Shown piece after piece: positions 11,459 to 22,157 of a stretch of 64,000 nucleotides of DNA. The notes under the pieces were generated by a model that saw only the letters and a program-made list of their open reading frames with translations, did no database searches and was not told the DNA's origin. A program made the translations under genes and the position numbers. Position 1 is the first letter of the stretch; each line of letters begins with the position of its first letter. Source of the stretch: Candidatus Bathyarchaeota archaeon (GTDB lineage Archaea > Thermoproteota > Bathyarchaeia > Bathyarchaeales > DTEX01); contig CAVQNT010000002.1 in the NCBI GenBank assembly GCA_963714275.1, forward strand, positions 640,001 through 704,000, in the 5' to 3' direction.

Positions 11459-11851
11459 TTACTTTACACGCATGACTCTGTTTTTGCCTAGGATGCTCCA
11501 GTACTCGACCTCTACACCTTCGGTTATGCGGGGTTTAAGGTCTTCGTCGTCCGGGAGTGGAGTCTCAAAAATTTCGTACGTCTCCATGTCCATTATCTGC
11601 AGGGCATTGGGAAGAATGGCAATCAGCTGACCCGTCTTTTTTTCGATCATGGGCATGTCAACCTTGGCATCCACGGGCTTAACGAAGCTGCGTTTGAGAC
11701 TATCGAAGACTCCGATTGCCACTACGCGCGCTTTCGCTGCGCCGTGTTTTCCGGGTTTCGACTTTGTAACTTCCACTATTCGGCACGCTATGTCATCGAC
11801 AATAACGTAACTTCCAGTTTTCAGGCTTCCAACTTCCACAGGTCTGCTCAT
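11459..11851 (-). CDS. eif5a: Translation factor aIF5A
   Basis: Hypusine loop KSKPGKHGAAK; ATG at 11851. Confidence 0.96.
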   Translation of the reverse strand: MSRPVEVGSLKTGSYVIVDDIACRIVEVTKSKPGKHGAAKARVVAIGVFDSLKRSFVKPVDAKVDMPMIEKKTGQLIAILPNALQIMDMETYEIFETPLPDDEDLKPRITEGVEVEYWSILGKNRVMRVK

Positions 11852-11952
11852 AACCTTCGTCCTCAAAGTAAAGTAAAACCATAATCTTTTACATACGAAG
11901 GCTTAATTACTATAATAAGTTTCCGCCCACCAATCTCGAGGCGCATACAAAA

Positions 11953-12807
11953 TTGACAAAAAACATTGGCATAGTAGCCCGAACAGACCGCAAAGAAGCA
12001 GTAACCCTCGCGTCTGAGCTAGCAGTCAAATTCAAAAACGAAGGATTCAACGTCCTCGTGGAACCAAACCTAGCGAAACGCCTGAACTGGGCTGAAAACT
12101 CAACTCCAATTAAAGATATGAAGGCAAACCTGATAGTCACGATTGGCGGAGATGGCACCATACTGAGAACGTGCCTCAGACTTCCGAAGCCTGAACCTCC
12201 AATTTTAGCCATCGACATGGGTGTCCGCGGGTTTCTCACCGAAATCCCGCCTGAAAGGGCGCTTGACGCGGTAGAGAGATACCTAAAAGGAAACTACACG
12301 GTTGAGCATTACAGCAAGCTCGTCTCCTACATAGGCGAAACTAGGCTCCCAGATGCGCTGAACGAAGTTTTCATCACATCCCGTTACTTGGCGAAGCTGC
12401 TTCACGTCAGAATATGGAAAGACAACAAGCCTGTAGCGGACTGCCGAGCCGACGGAGTCATCATATCGTCCCAAGTTGGGTCCACGGGATACACGTTTTC
12501 CGCGGGAGGTCCCATTCTTGACCCTGAGCTCGAAGCTTTCGTTTTGACCCCTGTCTGCCCAATCACGTTCATGCGTTCAATCGTCTTTTCTTTAGGTTCG
12601 CAGGTGACTGTGGAGCTGCTTGATCCTAAGGTGGCAAGGGTTGTAATTGATGGCGACTACCAGAAACCCATGAATCCAAAAACGCACTCGATTCTCGTAA
12701 AGAAGTCAGAGTACGAGTCTTCCTTCATAAGGTTTGATGGCCACTTCTACCAGCGTTTGAAGGCTAGGCTGCTTTTTTCGAGAGAGGAAGGCTACGAGAA
12801 TGGGTAG
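11953..12807 (+). CDS. nadK: NAD kinase
   Basis: GGDGT, ALNEV, ADGVIISSQVGSTGY..SAGGPI. Confidence 0.93.
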   Translation: MTKNIGIVARTDRKEAVTLASELAVKFKNEGFNVLVEPNLAKRLNWAENSTPIKDMKANLIVTIGGDGTILRTCLRLPKPEPPILAIDMGVRGFLTEIPPERALDAVERYLKGNYTVEHYSKLVSYIGETRLPDALNEVFITSRYLAKLLHVRIWKDNKPVADCRADGVIISSQVGSTGYTFSAGGPILDPELEAFVLTPVCPITFMRSIVFSLGSQVTVELLDPKVARVVIDGDYQKPMNPKTHSILVKKSEYESSFIRFDGHFYQRLKARLLFSREEGYENG

Positions 12808-13336
12808 CCGAAGAACCCTCGTCCTAGACACTTCAGCTTTTATCGCTGGCTTTAACCCGTCTGCAGTTGTCTGCGACCTTTACTCGGTGCCAGAGGTGGA
12901 ACACGAACTTACTAAAGCCGATTTAATTAAAGTCAGGTTTCAAGCAGCCGTTGAATCTGGGAAACTTAGGATTCTTTCACCCGATGCCCATTACTTAGAT
13001 GCGGTTAGAGAAGCTTCGAAGGAGATTGGGGACATGCGTTACCTTTCAGAAGCGGATATGCACGTAATCGCCTTAGCGGCTCAGCTCAAAGACGAAGACC
13101 GTTCGCCAACGATTGTTACTGACGATTACTCCATCCAGAACATGGCAACAAAAATCGGCGTCAACTTCACCTCGTTAGCAACCTTCGGCATACGATATCA
13201 GCTACACTGGTTGCTGTATTGCCCAGCGTGCCGACGGAAATACCCGTCGGACTACAAACACAGAGACTGCGAAATCTGCGGAACCCGCCTAAAAAGAAAA
13301 CCTCAAACCAAAAAACCAGCAAACGAATCCGTTTAG
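12800..13336 (+). CDS. nob1: Nob1 PIN/zinc-ribbon rRNA-processing endonuclease
   Basis: VLDTSAFI, LSEAD, TDDYSIQN plus CPAC..CEICG. Confidence 0.92.
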   Translation: MGSRRTLVLDTSAFIAGFNPSAVVCDLYSVPEVEHELTKADLIKVRFQAAVESGKLRILSPDAHYLDAVREASKEIGDMRYLSEADMHVIALAAQLKDEDRSPTIVTDDYSIQNMATKIGVNFTSLATFGIRYQLHWLLYCPACRRKYPSDYKHRDCEICGTRLKRKPQTKKPANESV

Positions 13337-13389
13337 ACTGGTTGGAAAGAAGCAACTCCCCAAAACGATTAATTTTGTCTCACACGACC

Positions 13390-13483
13390 AAAAATCTAGA
13401 CGTACAAACGAATACCGGGAAACCCAAGCTGCCGGGGAGATGAGAAGGGGGTATATTTAGACAGGTTGAGCTTCCCGGAGATT
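13390..13483 (-). ncRNA. Candidate structured small RNA
   Basis: Minus-strand BRE/TATA (CGAAAAA TTTATAA, 13517..13504), 17-bp stem 13478..13462 / 13431..13415 with two G-U pairs only on this strand, C/U-rich loop, T5 at 13394..13390. Confidence 0.5.
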
Positions 13484-13644
13484 TATCCTCTACATTTTCC
13501 CTATTATAAATTTTTCGATGTTATATTATTGGCGAATTGGAGTTTTCTTCGCGGATTTTGCTATTCGATAGGTTTAACAGTGTCTAATGTTTAAAAAAGG
13601 AGTGTAGTGTTTTGCTCCTTAAATGTGTGAAGGTTGCTGTAACG

Positions 13645-14721
13645 ATGAGGATTCTTCGTAGCGATGTTAAACATGGCACGGTTGCGGTGCTTCCTGAGGT
13701 GCTTGATGACTTTTGGGTTCTGTACAATGTCATCAAAAAGGGCGACAGAGTCTACGCCCACACCACTAGGGAGGTTAGGTTCGGAGACCGCTACGACAAA
13801 CCCGAGAAGGGAAAACGAATTACAGTTTTTCTCGGCGTCTCCATAGAAGACGTGTCATGGGACCGTTACCTAAATCGGCTGCGGGTTCACGGAATCATCT
13901 GCGAAGCTCCTGAAGACGTTGGACCAGGTTCTCATCACACTTTGAACGTGACTTTGAACAAGCCTTTAACGATTGTTAAGGACAAATGGATGAAGTACGA
14001 GCTCGACCAGCTTAAAAGGGCAACTGAAACTGGGGCTCCACCGATCGCCGTAATAGTTGTCGACGACGAGGGATACTGCGTCGCAGTTTTAAGAGGCTTC
14101 GGATTCGACACAAAAGCAGAGGAAACCATCAGTCTACCCGGAAAACGCATGGCGGATGAAAGGACGAGGACCCTTCAGGAACTCTTTAAATCCGCATCTA
14201 AAGTCCTCGAACCCCTTATATCTGAACACAAAATGTCGATTGTTGTGCTCGGGGTAGGTTTCGTCAAGAACCAGTTCATCAAGTTCTTGGAAGACAACAA
14301 GCCTGAACTCCGCAAAGCAGTGGTCGACGTGAAGAGCGTCAACAGCACAGGCAAGTCGGGAATCAACGAGGCTTTACGGTCAGGAGTATTAGGTAAAGCC
14401 CTAAAGCATGTCCGTATCGCTGATGAATCTGAAGTCGTGGAGGAGGTTCTGGAAAGGCTTGGAAAGGAAAATGTAAATGTCACATACGGGTCTGCGGAAG
14501 TCGAAAAAGCCAACAGCCTTGGCGCTGTGGACAGATTGTTGCTTGCGGATGTTAAGTTGAGAGAAGCTTCAGACGAGGAAAGGCAAGTTCTCGAAAAGCT
14601 GATGCGGGAGGTTGAGAACAAAGGGGGAAGAGTCATCATAATCAGCACCGAGCACGAGGCAGGAACAAAACTCAACTCGCTCGGAGGTATAGCAGCGCTG
14701 TTAAGGTTCTACATAAATTAA
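13645..14721 (+). CDS. pelA: Pelota/Dom34 ribosome rescue factor
   Basis: PEVLDDFWVLYN, RLRVHG, GSHHTLNV, C-terminal HEAGTKLNSLGGIAALLRF. Confidence 0.95.
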   Translation: MRILRSDVKHGTVAVLPEVLDDFWVLYNVIKKGDRVYAHTTREVRFGDRYDKPEKGKRITVFLGVSIEDVSWDRYLNRLRVHGIICEAPEDVGPGSHHTLNVTLNKPLTIVKDKWMKYELDQLKRATETGAPPIAVIVVDDEGYCVAVLRGFGFDTKAEETISLPGKRMADERTRTLQELFKSASKVLEPLISEHKMSIVVLGVGFVKNQFIKFLEDNKPELRKAVVDVKSVNSTGKSGINEALRSGVLGKALKHVRIADESEVVEEVLERLGKENVNVTYGSAEVEKANSLGAVDRLLLADVKLREASDEERQVLEKLMREVENKGGRVIIISTEHEAGTKLNSLGGIAALLRFYIN

Positions 14722-14729
14722 TTAAGAAT

Positions 14730-16091
14730 CTACTCAGGCTTTTTTATTGTGTCAATTATTTTCTTTTCAGCGAAATTTGCCAATTTTTGTAAAGTTTCTT
14801 GGGTTTTCGCTTCAACTGTCAGTCTGACCAGCGATTGCGTGTTGGAGGGTCTTATGAGGAACCAGCCTTCATCTTCAATGACTTTGACCCCGTCAATGGT
14901 AACCGTTTCATAACCCATACTCATAAATTCTTTAGCCAGTTTCTCGACTATCAGAAACTTCTTTTCTTCAGCGCACTCGTAACTTTTACCAGGAATCCTA
15001 GGATACTTGGGCAGAGAGTCCACGATCTCCGAGAATTTCTGTTCTCTTTTCGAAAGAACCTCGGCAACCTTGAGACACGTGAACATGGCGTCGTCGAAGC
15101 CGTAAACATCCATAAAATAGAAGTGACCGCTTGTTTCTCCGCCAAACACAGCCTTCTCCTTAAGCATCTTATCCGCAATATAAGTATGCCCAACCCGGCT
15201 GAGCACGGGCTTACCGCCGTAGGCTTCGATTGTTTCCTCTACAGCCAACGAACAGCTAACCTCGTACACGATGGCGGCGCCTTTCCGCCTTTCAAGGTAG
15301 TGTTCTGTAAGTAGTAGAAATATGTCTGTGCTTGAAACCATGCCCCCCTTGTCGTCTACGAACACTGCTCGGTCACCGTCCCCGTCGAAGCCTACGCCAA
15401 AGTTAGACTTCTTCTTGTAAACCAGCCGCTTGACCTCAGACAGAGTTTCCTCGTTCGGCTCCGGTGAATGAACCGGAAAGGTTCCGTCAGGTTCACCGTT
15501 AATGACATCCACGTTTATCCCTGTTTTCTGGAAAAGGCTTGGCGTCAGCAGGGAGCATGAGCCGTTTCCAGGGTCAGCAATGATGCTCAGATCTTTCTTG
15601 ATTTCCACTTTTTCTGAGACATAGCTCTCATAGTCTCTGATTGCGTTGGCATACTTTGAGAGATGTCCGCGGGATGAATATGAAAATTTGCCTTTGACTG
15701 CTAGGTCTCTCAGGGCTTCCATGCCCATGCCCATGCTTATGAAGCTGTTTCCCGCCCAGATTTTAAGCCCGTTCCACTCAGGCGGGTTGTGGGAAGCAGT
15801 AACCATGACGCCGCCATCCTTTTCATAGTGCACTGAAGCCCAGTTAAGCAGTGGAGTTGTCACCGTCCCGATGTCTTCAACGTTGAGTCCACCAGAAAGC
15901 ATTCCTTCGGAAACAGCTTTGCCTAAAGGGTTGCTGCTCATCCTGACGTCTTTACCTACGAGCATCGTTTTTTGTTTGCCGCCAACGTATGCTGCGAGTG
16001 CCCTGCCGATTGTTTGAACGGTGTTTTCTGTGATTTCTTTTCCGTAGACGCCTCGGATGTCATACGCCCTAAAAATGCCTTCTGAAATCAT
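14730..16091 (-). CDS. Phosphomannomutase/phosphoglucomutase
   Basis: IFRAYDIRG, TASHNP, FDGDGDR, GETSGH, RPSNT. Confidence 0.93.
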   Translation of the reverse strand: MISEGIFRAYDIRGVYGKEITENTVQTIGRALAAYVGGKQKTMLVGKDVRMSSNPLGKAVSEGMLSGGLNVEDIGTVTTPLLNWASVHYEKDGGVMVTASHNPPEWNGLKIWAGNSFISMGMGMEALRDLAVKGKFSYSSRGHLSKYANAIRDYESYVSEKVEIKKDLSIIADPGNGSCSLLTPSLFQKTGINVDVINGEPDGTFPVHSPEPNEETLSEVKRLVYKKKSNFGVGFDGDGDRAVFVDDKGGMVSSTDIFLLLTEHYLERRKGAAIVYEVSCSLAVEETIEAYGGKPVLSRVGHTYIADKMLKEKAVFGGETSGHFYFMDVYGFDDAMFTCLKVAEVLSKREQKFSEIVDSLPKYPRIPGKSYECAEEKKFLIVEKLAKEFMSMGYETVTIDGVKVIEDEGWFLIRPSNTQSLVRLTVEAKTQETLQKLANFAEKKIIDTIKKPE

Positions 16092-16181
16092 GCAACGAAC
16101 TTCCAAGGTTATTCTACGCTTAGGTAAACTATTAAAATTTCCGCACATAAGATTTCAGCTTGGAATCGCTGGTGGTGGGTA

Positions 16182-16613
16182 GTGGAAATAACTGAAGTGG
16201 TTACGGCGTACGGGCACAGTCTCGTCCAAGCGACCCACAGAACAACTTTAGAGGTAACCAAAGACTCGCATCTGACAAAGAAGGGAGACTGCATAATCGC
16301 GGTGAAGGCTGACAAAAGCCTTGTGGACCTAAGCCGAGACTTCAAAGAAGCAGCGAGAACCCCAAAAGCGAAGATTACAGTTACAATCGAAGCTGGAGAA
16401 GTAAAGGAAACCGTTACAGCCAACGGCGATGTGGGCTTTCTGTTTAATCATCCGACAGACATGGTTGTGAGGAAAAGCAGCTACATGTGCAGCCGAACGT
16501 TGGCTGTTAAAGCCGACAAAGCCGCACAGGACCTATCCAGAAAGCTTGTCGAAAAGCTCATGAACCCAGACCAAAAAGTCAAGATAACGTTGACCGTGAA
16601 CGTTCCAGAATAG
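16182..16613 (+). CDS. DUF371 family protein
   Basis: GH..V.ATHRTTLEVTKD.HLT..GDCII and RKSSY...RT pattern. Confidence 0.85.
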   Translation: MEITEVVTAYGHSLVQATHRTTLEVTKDSHLTKKGDCIIAVKADKSLVDLSRDFKEAARTPKAKITVTIEAGEVKETVTANGDVGFLFNHPTDMVVRKSSYMCSRTLAVKADKAAQDLSRKLVEKLMNPDQKVKITLTVNVPE

Positions 16614-16625
16614 AACAAGAACTTC

Positions 16626-17709
16626 TCAATAGACGGTTGCGTCAACGACAACATGCCACTTGAACGGAGCGACCTCTCGTACGGTTTTTACTGACAGATA
16701 TCCGCTAATGTTGCGACCAGTTTTACTTATAGCCTCGGTCAAATGTCTTTTCGCTGCCTTCATCGCGTTCGCTCCTTCTGAAAACTCGTAATAGTGGATG
16801 ATTCCGCCTTCAGGCTTCAAAACCTCACAAGCAATGTCCACGTACTCCTCAGGCTCTTTCTGGAAGATTCATAATTACGCGGTCAGTGGTCCCACGTATC
16901 TTCCCTTTTACGACCTTTCTTACATCGCCAAGAACGGGCACAACTTTTCCCAGAACGCTGTTAGCAGTCACGTTCTTTTCCAAATATCGAACTGCGTCTG
17001 GATTCACGTCAACCGCATAAACCTTAACATCATTGCATAGTTTGGCTATTAATACGGAAAATGGTCCAACCCCTGCGAACATGTCGATTACGGTTTCGTT
17101 TTCTTTAACCTGCAAGGCGACCCTTTGATGCTCGTGAGAAAGCCTTGGCGAAAAGTAAACTTTACTTAAATCAACAAAATACCTGCACCCGTGCTCCTTG
17201 TGAACAGTTTCTGTGTTAGGTAATCCTGCGATGACTTCGTATTCCCTTAATCGGCATATTCCTTCCACAGCGCTAGACTTTGCCAGCACCGTCTGAATGT
17301 TTTTGTGGACTTCGAGGATTGCTTCGCCGACAACGGTTTTGTGTTCAGCCAGCTCAGCGGGGATTTCCACGACGGCTATTTCGCCCACAAAGTCTATGGC
17401 GTGAGGGAAACTTGCCCGAAGATTGGGAGGCAACCGTTCAGCAGCAACGTCAAGGGCACTTTTTGAGCGCTTATCTTGAACGACGAACTCGTGGACGACA
17501 ATTTCTAAGGCAACAAAATCCTTCCTAATTTCTTCGACATGCCCAGAATCAAGTTTCTTGACCACGGGAATAAGCAGAGAACCATTTTCAAGAATGATTT
17601 TAAGGTTTTTATCAAGTAAGCCCAAACTGGCAACTAGGCGGATGGCTTTTTCGCCTTGTTTTTTCGGTACTTTTAGGGCATAAGCCTTTGTTTTTGTTTG
17701 TTGACCCAT
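16626..17709 (-). CDS. trm5: Trm5/Met-10+-like tRNA methyltransferase (frameshift near 16850)
   Basis: VYFSPRL, DMFAGVGPF, RVIMNLP, GGIIHYY. Confidence 0.88.
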
Positions 17710-17774
17710 GAAACGGTTTGTTTCTCCTTGATTGCGCAGATTTATTTTTCAAATGACTACGTTTGTCTGCAGCT

Positions 17775-18818
17775 TTATGCCTTTTCCACGATTTTTTGGA
17801 TTTTCACTTGCTTTCTGATTCCTAGTCCTTGTTCTTCGAGAAGCTTTTTCACGTTGGATTCAGTCACCGCAGTCGTTGTTCCGACCATCGTGACGCACGA
17901 TGCTCCAGCAGCTTCGCCTTCCAACAAAATCTGGATTAACTCTTCGACTGAAAAGTCGGATAACTCGCGCCTTTTTTTACTCATTGCCTTAATCAGTCCT
18001 TTTATCATGCCTGAGCAGAGGGCGTCTCCTGCACCCGTAGGGTCCACCACCGGCACTTTGAAGGTTGGCATTTCAAAAAAAGTATTCCGAGTTTCGGCGA
18101 TGAGCCCTTTTTCGCCCATGCTTATGACTACGAGCTGAATGCCCTTGCGGTTTAAAGCCTTCGCTGCTTCGTGGGGGTCATCCATTCCTGTTATGCCTTT
18201 GGCTTCGTCTTGGTTGCAGTGAAAAATATCCATAAACTTGAAAGATGGAAAAATCAGGTCCCAATCTCGCTTGTACGGTTTCACTGCGTCCACAAAAGTT
18301 AAGCACCCGTAATCTTTGGCTTTCTCCAGAACCATTGGCAGCTTCTCGTCGAATTTTCCTGTGATGCCGACTCCGCCCACGTATAATAATGCTGGTTTCT
18401 CTTTTTCAAAGACGGAAAGAACGTGGTCTGTGCTGAGATGCCAGTTGGCTCCGATGTCTGTGTGGAACCGTCTGTCCTCGCCTGTTACCACAAGCACAAT
18501 AGTTTTTGACGTGCCCGCTTCCTTAACTCTCTGTAGATGTGTGACTATTCCATGTTTTTTCAGTAGGTTCTCTAAAAAATCTCCGAACACATCGTCCCCG
18601 ACTACACTGACGCAGCTAACCTCGCCCTCGTGTAAACCGAGCTTCCTCAGGTTGACCGAAACGTTCCCCGAATGCCCGCCCATGTGCACCTCGATTCCTT
18701 GAGGTGAAAACGTGAGCTCGCCCGGCTCTGAGACTTTTGGCAAATTCGCTGCGATGATATCTACTACGAGAATGCCGACACACGTAACCTGCAAACCACA
18801 TTTCTCCTTTCGTTTCAT
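17775..18818 (-). CDS. PfkB-family carbohydrate kinase
   Basis: GGHSGNV, VGDDVFG, VVDPTGAGDA; start uncertain (18818 or 18794). Confidence 0.9.
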   Translation of the reverse strand: MKRKEKCGLQVTCVGILVVDIIAANLPKVSEPGELTFSPQGIEVHMGGHSGNVSVNLRKLGLHEGEVSCVSVVGDDVFGDFLENLLKKHGIVTHLQRVKEAGTSKTIVLVVTGEDRRFHTDIGANWHLSTDHVLSVFEKEKPALLYVGGVGITGKFDEKLPMVLEKAKDYGCLTFVDAVKPYKRDWDLIFPSFKFMDIFHCNQDEAKGITGMDDPHEAAKALNRKGIQLVVISMGEKGLIAETRNTFFEMPTFKVPVVDPTGAGDALCSGMIKGLIKAMSKKRRELSDFSVEELIQILLEGEAAGASCVTMVGTTTAVTESNVKKLLEEQGLGIRKQVKIQKIVEKA

Positions 18819-18998
18819 AAGAATAATTGGATTGAATTCATTTATCGTTTTCCAGAACATCATGGCACAATTAAGCGTAAAGGTTAACTTTAGCTGACGA
18901 TTCAGGTAAAGTTTTGGGTTGACCGGCTTATTCGCCTTCGTAGAAGCTGACCTTAACAAATATGAGCCCAAAAATGTCCAGATTGCGCGCTTGTTTTT

Positions 18999-20015
18999 CT
19001 AGTAATCTGCCCAGCCTTCAAGCGCCTTTTTGGCGTACCCCCGAATGTAGGCTCGAGTGCGGGCTATGTCCCCTTTTTTGTTTAATGTTTTTAATTTTTC
19101 TTTGCCTCCTAGGCTTTCAGCGATTTCAAGGCATTTTCTGAGTATTCCGTCGTCTACCTCGCCTTCTTTCGAAACGGCACCAATGTTTTCTTCGAGTTCA
19201 GCCATCGTGTTGGTTCCGGGCACAATCGTGCTTACTTCAGGAGACTTCAGTATCCACCTTAAGGCCATCTGGGCAGGCGAAAAATCCCGTGTCTCATAAC
19301 CTTCTGGGCAAAAGTTCGTAAAGGCTATCCCGTAATATGGCCAACAGAAGGGTTTCATGACAACTATGCCGACATCCAACGCTTTGCAGAGGGGAAAGAG
19401 GATTTTGGCTTCTTGGCGGTGGAAGTTGTATGGAATCATGACGGAGTCGAAGCAGTCGAACTTCCGCACCAACTCAGCGACGAAACTCGGCTGGTGGTCA
19501 GCGATGCCGATGGCTCGGATTTTTCCTTGGCTTCTAATTTCTTTCAGCACGTCAACGACGAATTCGAACCTTTCTCGCGAATACCCACCTGACACCTCAT
19601 GAACGTTGAAAACGTCAATGTGTTTGGTTCCGAGAACCTTGAGTCTCTCGTCAACTCCTTCCATTATCGTGTCTCTCCATCTGGCTCTTGAGACAGTCTT
19701 CAGTCTGGCAACGGGACTCATCGTCTCGGCGGCTATGTGAACTTCGTTTCTTCTACCAAGAGTTTTTAGGCTTAAACCCAATGATTGGCACTCTTCGATC
19801 AGACCAGTATCGAAATAGTTTACTCCCGCGTTGATGGCGCATTCGATGAGCTTGGTCCTCGACGATTGGGTATTTATTAGTTCATCGTGCTCTAGGGGTT
19901 CTTCGGGTTTTTTTTCTGGAAAATGGTAGGGATTAAGGAAACGGGCGTATTCGTGTCCCCCCAGCCCCAGTTCCGAGACCTTAAATCCTGTTCTACCTAA
20001 AATTCGGTACTTCAT
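18999..20015 (-). CDS. Aldo/keto reductase
   Basis: YRILGRTGFKVSELGLG, GVNYFDT, GKIRAIG, IVVMKPF. Confidence 0.9.
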   Translation of the reverse strand: MKYRILGRTGFKVSELGLGGHEYARFLNPYHFPEKKPEEPLEHDELINTQSSRTKLIECAINAGVNYFDTGLIEECQSLGLSLKTLGRRNEVHIAAETMSPVARLKTVSRARWRDTIMEGVDERLKVLGTKHIDVFNVHEVSGGYSRERFEFVVDVLKEIRSQGKIRAIGIADHQPSFVAELVRKFDCFDSVMIPYNFHRQEAKILFPLCKALDVGIVVMKPFCWPYYGIAFTNFCPEGYETRDFSPAQMALRWILKSPEVSTIVPGTNTMAELEENIGAVSKEGEVDDGILRKCLEIAESLGGKEKLKTLNKKGDIARTRAYIRGYAKKALEGWADY

Positions 20016-20238
20016 GTTAAAAAGTTCCTCATCACATGTCTATTAATGTTCAATGATTCATACTTGTATGCATGTTGCTTATGGGTTTACATCTTCCGTA
20101 AGCATTAATTGAAGAGGTTTGTCGTCTGAGACTTAAATATTCATCCCACAATTTTCACTTGACATTCGCTGAGATTACATGAACAGTGAGCAAGCACAAC
20201 GGAAACAGAAACGAGGTTCAGTTAAGGGTGAAAAGCGT

Positions 20239-21473
20239 TTGAAAACAACAATTAAAACGAAAAATAGTCGGTCAAGTTCCATTAAGGTAAGTGAGAATGG
20301 CAGATATTTTGTTGATTCTGGAGGCAGACCCGTCTTCTGGCTAGGCACCACGCAGTGGCAAATCTTTAGGGAGCACCCGTTGGCAGAGGCTGAGTTGATC
20401 CTCGAAAAGACGAAGAAGAATGGATTTAGCTTCGTCCAAGCAATGTTACTAGGCGTAGGCGACGGCACCAAACCCAACGTCTATGGCGAGACTCCGTGGA
20501 ATAACGATGACCCTGCAACGCCGAACGAAGCATTTTTCGAGCACGTGGACTCCGTGGTTCAAGTTGCCCACAAAAAAGGGCTAATTCTCGTGGCTGGGAT
20601 TTACCATCAAACGATGGGCAACCACGTAAACGAAAAAAACGCTCGAACGTGGGCACGATGGATTGCTGAACGGTACAGAGATGTGCCGAACCTGATTTGG
20701 TCGATGTATCCCCGAGCTGAACCCGAGTACACTCCGCTTATGAGGGAGATGAGCTGCGGGGCTTCAGCAGAGCGACAAAGGTTTCCACTTGATTACCGTT
20801 CATCCTGACCCTTCGCCGACTTCATCTAGCACCTACCTGCATGATGAGGGCTGGCTGGCTTTCAATTCGATGCAACCTTGGGGGTACGTCGAATTAATGT
20901 ATTCCATGATCACCCACGACTACGGTCTGAAGCCCGTGAAGCCCGTGGTTATGGCAGAGGGCGCCTACGAGCAGGGCACAGAGTACGGGTTCGACGTTAC
21001 ACCGTTGTGGGTTCGCAGACAAGCCTACTATTCGTATTTGGCTGGCGCACACCACAGCTACGGGCACAACGACAGCTGGCGAATGCTCCCAACGTGGAAG
21101 GAGGCTTTGGATGCGCCCGGCGCAAAACAGATGGGCATCCTAAAGAAATTTTTCCTTGACCTTGAAGAATGGTGGAACCTTTTCCCTGACCAAACAATCC
21201 TTGCAAGTGGCGGACAAACCGATGGTAGACTGCTGAACCTCGCTGCACGCCATAAGGACGGAAAATGGGTAATCGCATATTTTGCCTACAAAGCCTCGTT
21301 CAAAGTCGACATGGGAAAGGTTACGGCGGGAAACAAGGCTGAAGCCTTCTGGATTGACCCAAGAAACGGCGAATCAACTCCAATGGGCAGTTTCACAACC
21401 AAGGTGATAAAAATCGTTCTCGACGCCTGATGGATGGGAGGATTCACTGTTATTGCTGAAAGCAAAGGATTGA
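20239..21473 (+). CDS. GH140/DUF4038 apiosidase-like glycoside hydrolase with C-terminal collagen-binding-like domain (frameshifts)
   Basis: SENGRYFV..GRPVFWLG, ITVHP, KPVVMAEGAYE, RRQAY, HSYGHN..W, WIDPRNG, TPDGWEDSLLLL across three frames. Confidence 0.8.
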
Positions 21474-21569
21474 GGATATATATTAAAAATAAAACTCAAC
21501 GAAAACGTGCAGTATCCAAGAAAAAATATATCATCTTTTGACATTATAATTGTAGGGTAGGAGCGTGAA

Positions 21570-22121
21570 TTGTTGAAAGTAGTTGCGGTCCAGTCAAGCC
21601 CAAACGTGGATGGGTTGACGTGCCAACTGGCTAAAGCTGTCTTAGAGGGGGCCAAAAGTAAAGGCGCTGAAACAGAATTAGAACACTTGAACAAGTTGAA
21701 AATTGATTCCTGCATGGCTCACGATCGAGGATGGGGAACGTGCCAAACTGAAGGAAAATGCATGATACAAGACGACTTCCAAAACCTAAGAGAAAAAATC
21801 AACAAGGCAGATGCATTAGTGTTTAGCACACCTGTCTATTTTGGCGACCTAAGTGAGTCCGCTAAACGGTTTCTTGACAGATGGCGCAGATGCGAAATTT
21901 TCAATCGTGAAGCCACTCTCCTGAAAGGAAAACTTGCAGTCGGAATAGCAGCAGCTGGAGGGTCGGGCGGAGGAGCAGTGAACGCCCTGCATAATCTGGA
22001 AAATTATCTGTGGTGGCTACAATTCACGATTTTTGACCTTGTTCCCGTAACTAGAATGTCGAAGGAACATAAGCTTGACATGCTAAAGGCAGTAGGCAAG
22101 AGGTTAACAACCCAAAAGTAA
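21570..22121 (+). CDS. Iron-sulfur flavoprotein / flavodoxin family protein
   Basis: SSPNVDGLT, C..C....C.IQDD, FSTPVYFG. Confidence 0.85.
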   Translation: MLKVVAVQSSPNVDGLTCQLAKAVLEGAKSKGAETELEHLNKLKIDSCMAHDRGWGTCQTEGKCMIQDDFQNLREKINKADALVFSTPVYFGDLSESAKRFLDRWRRCEIFNREATLLKGKLAVGIAAAGGSGGGAVNALHNLENYLWWLQFTIFDLVPVTRMSKEHKLDMLKAVGKRLTTQK

Positions 22122-22157
22122 CTACGCCATTTCTTTTTGGCAAGAGTGTGTTTTGGC

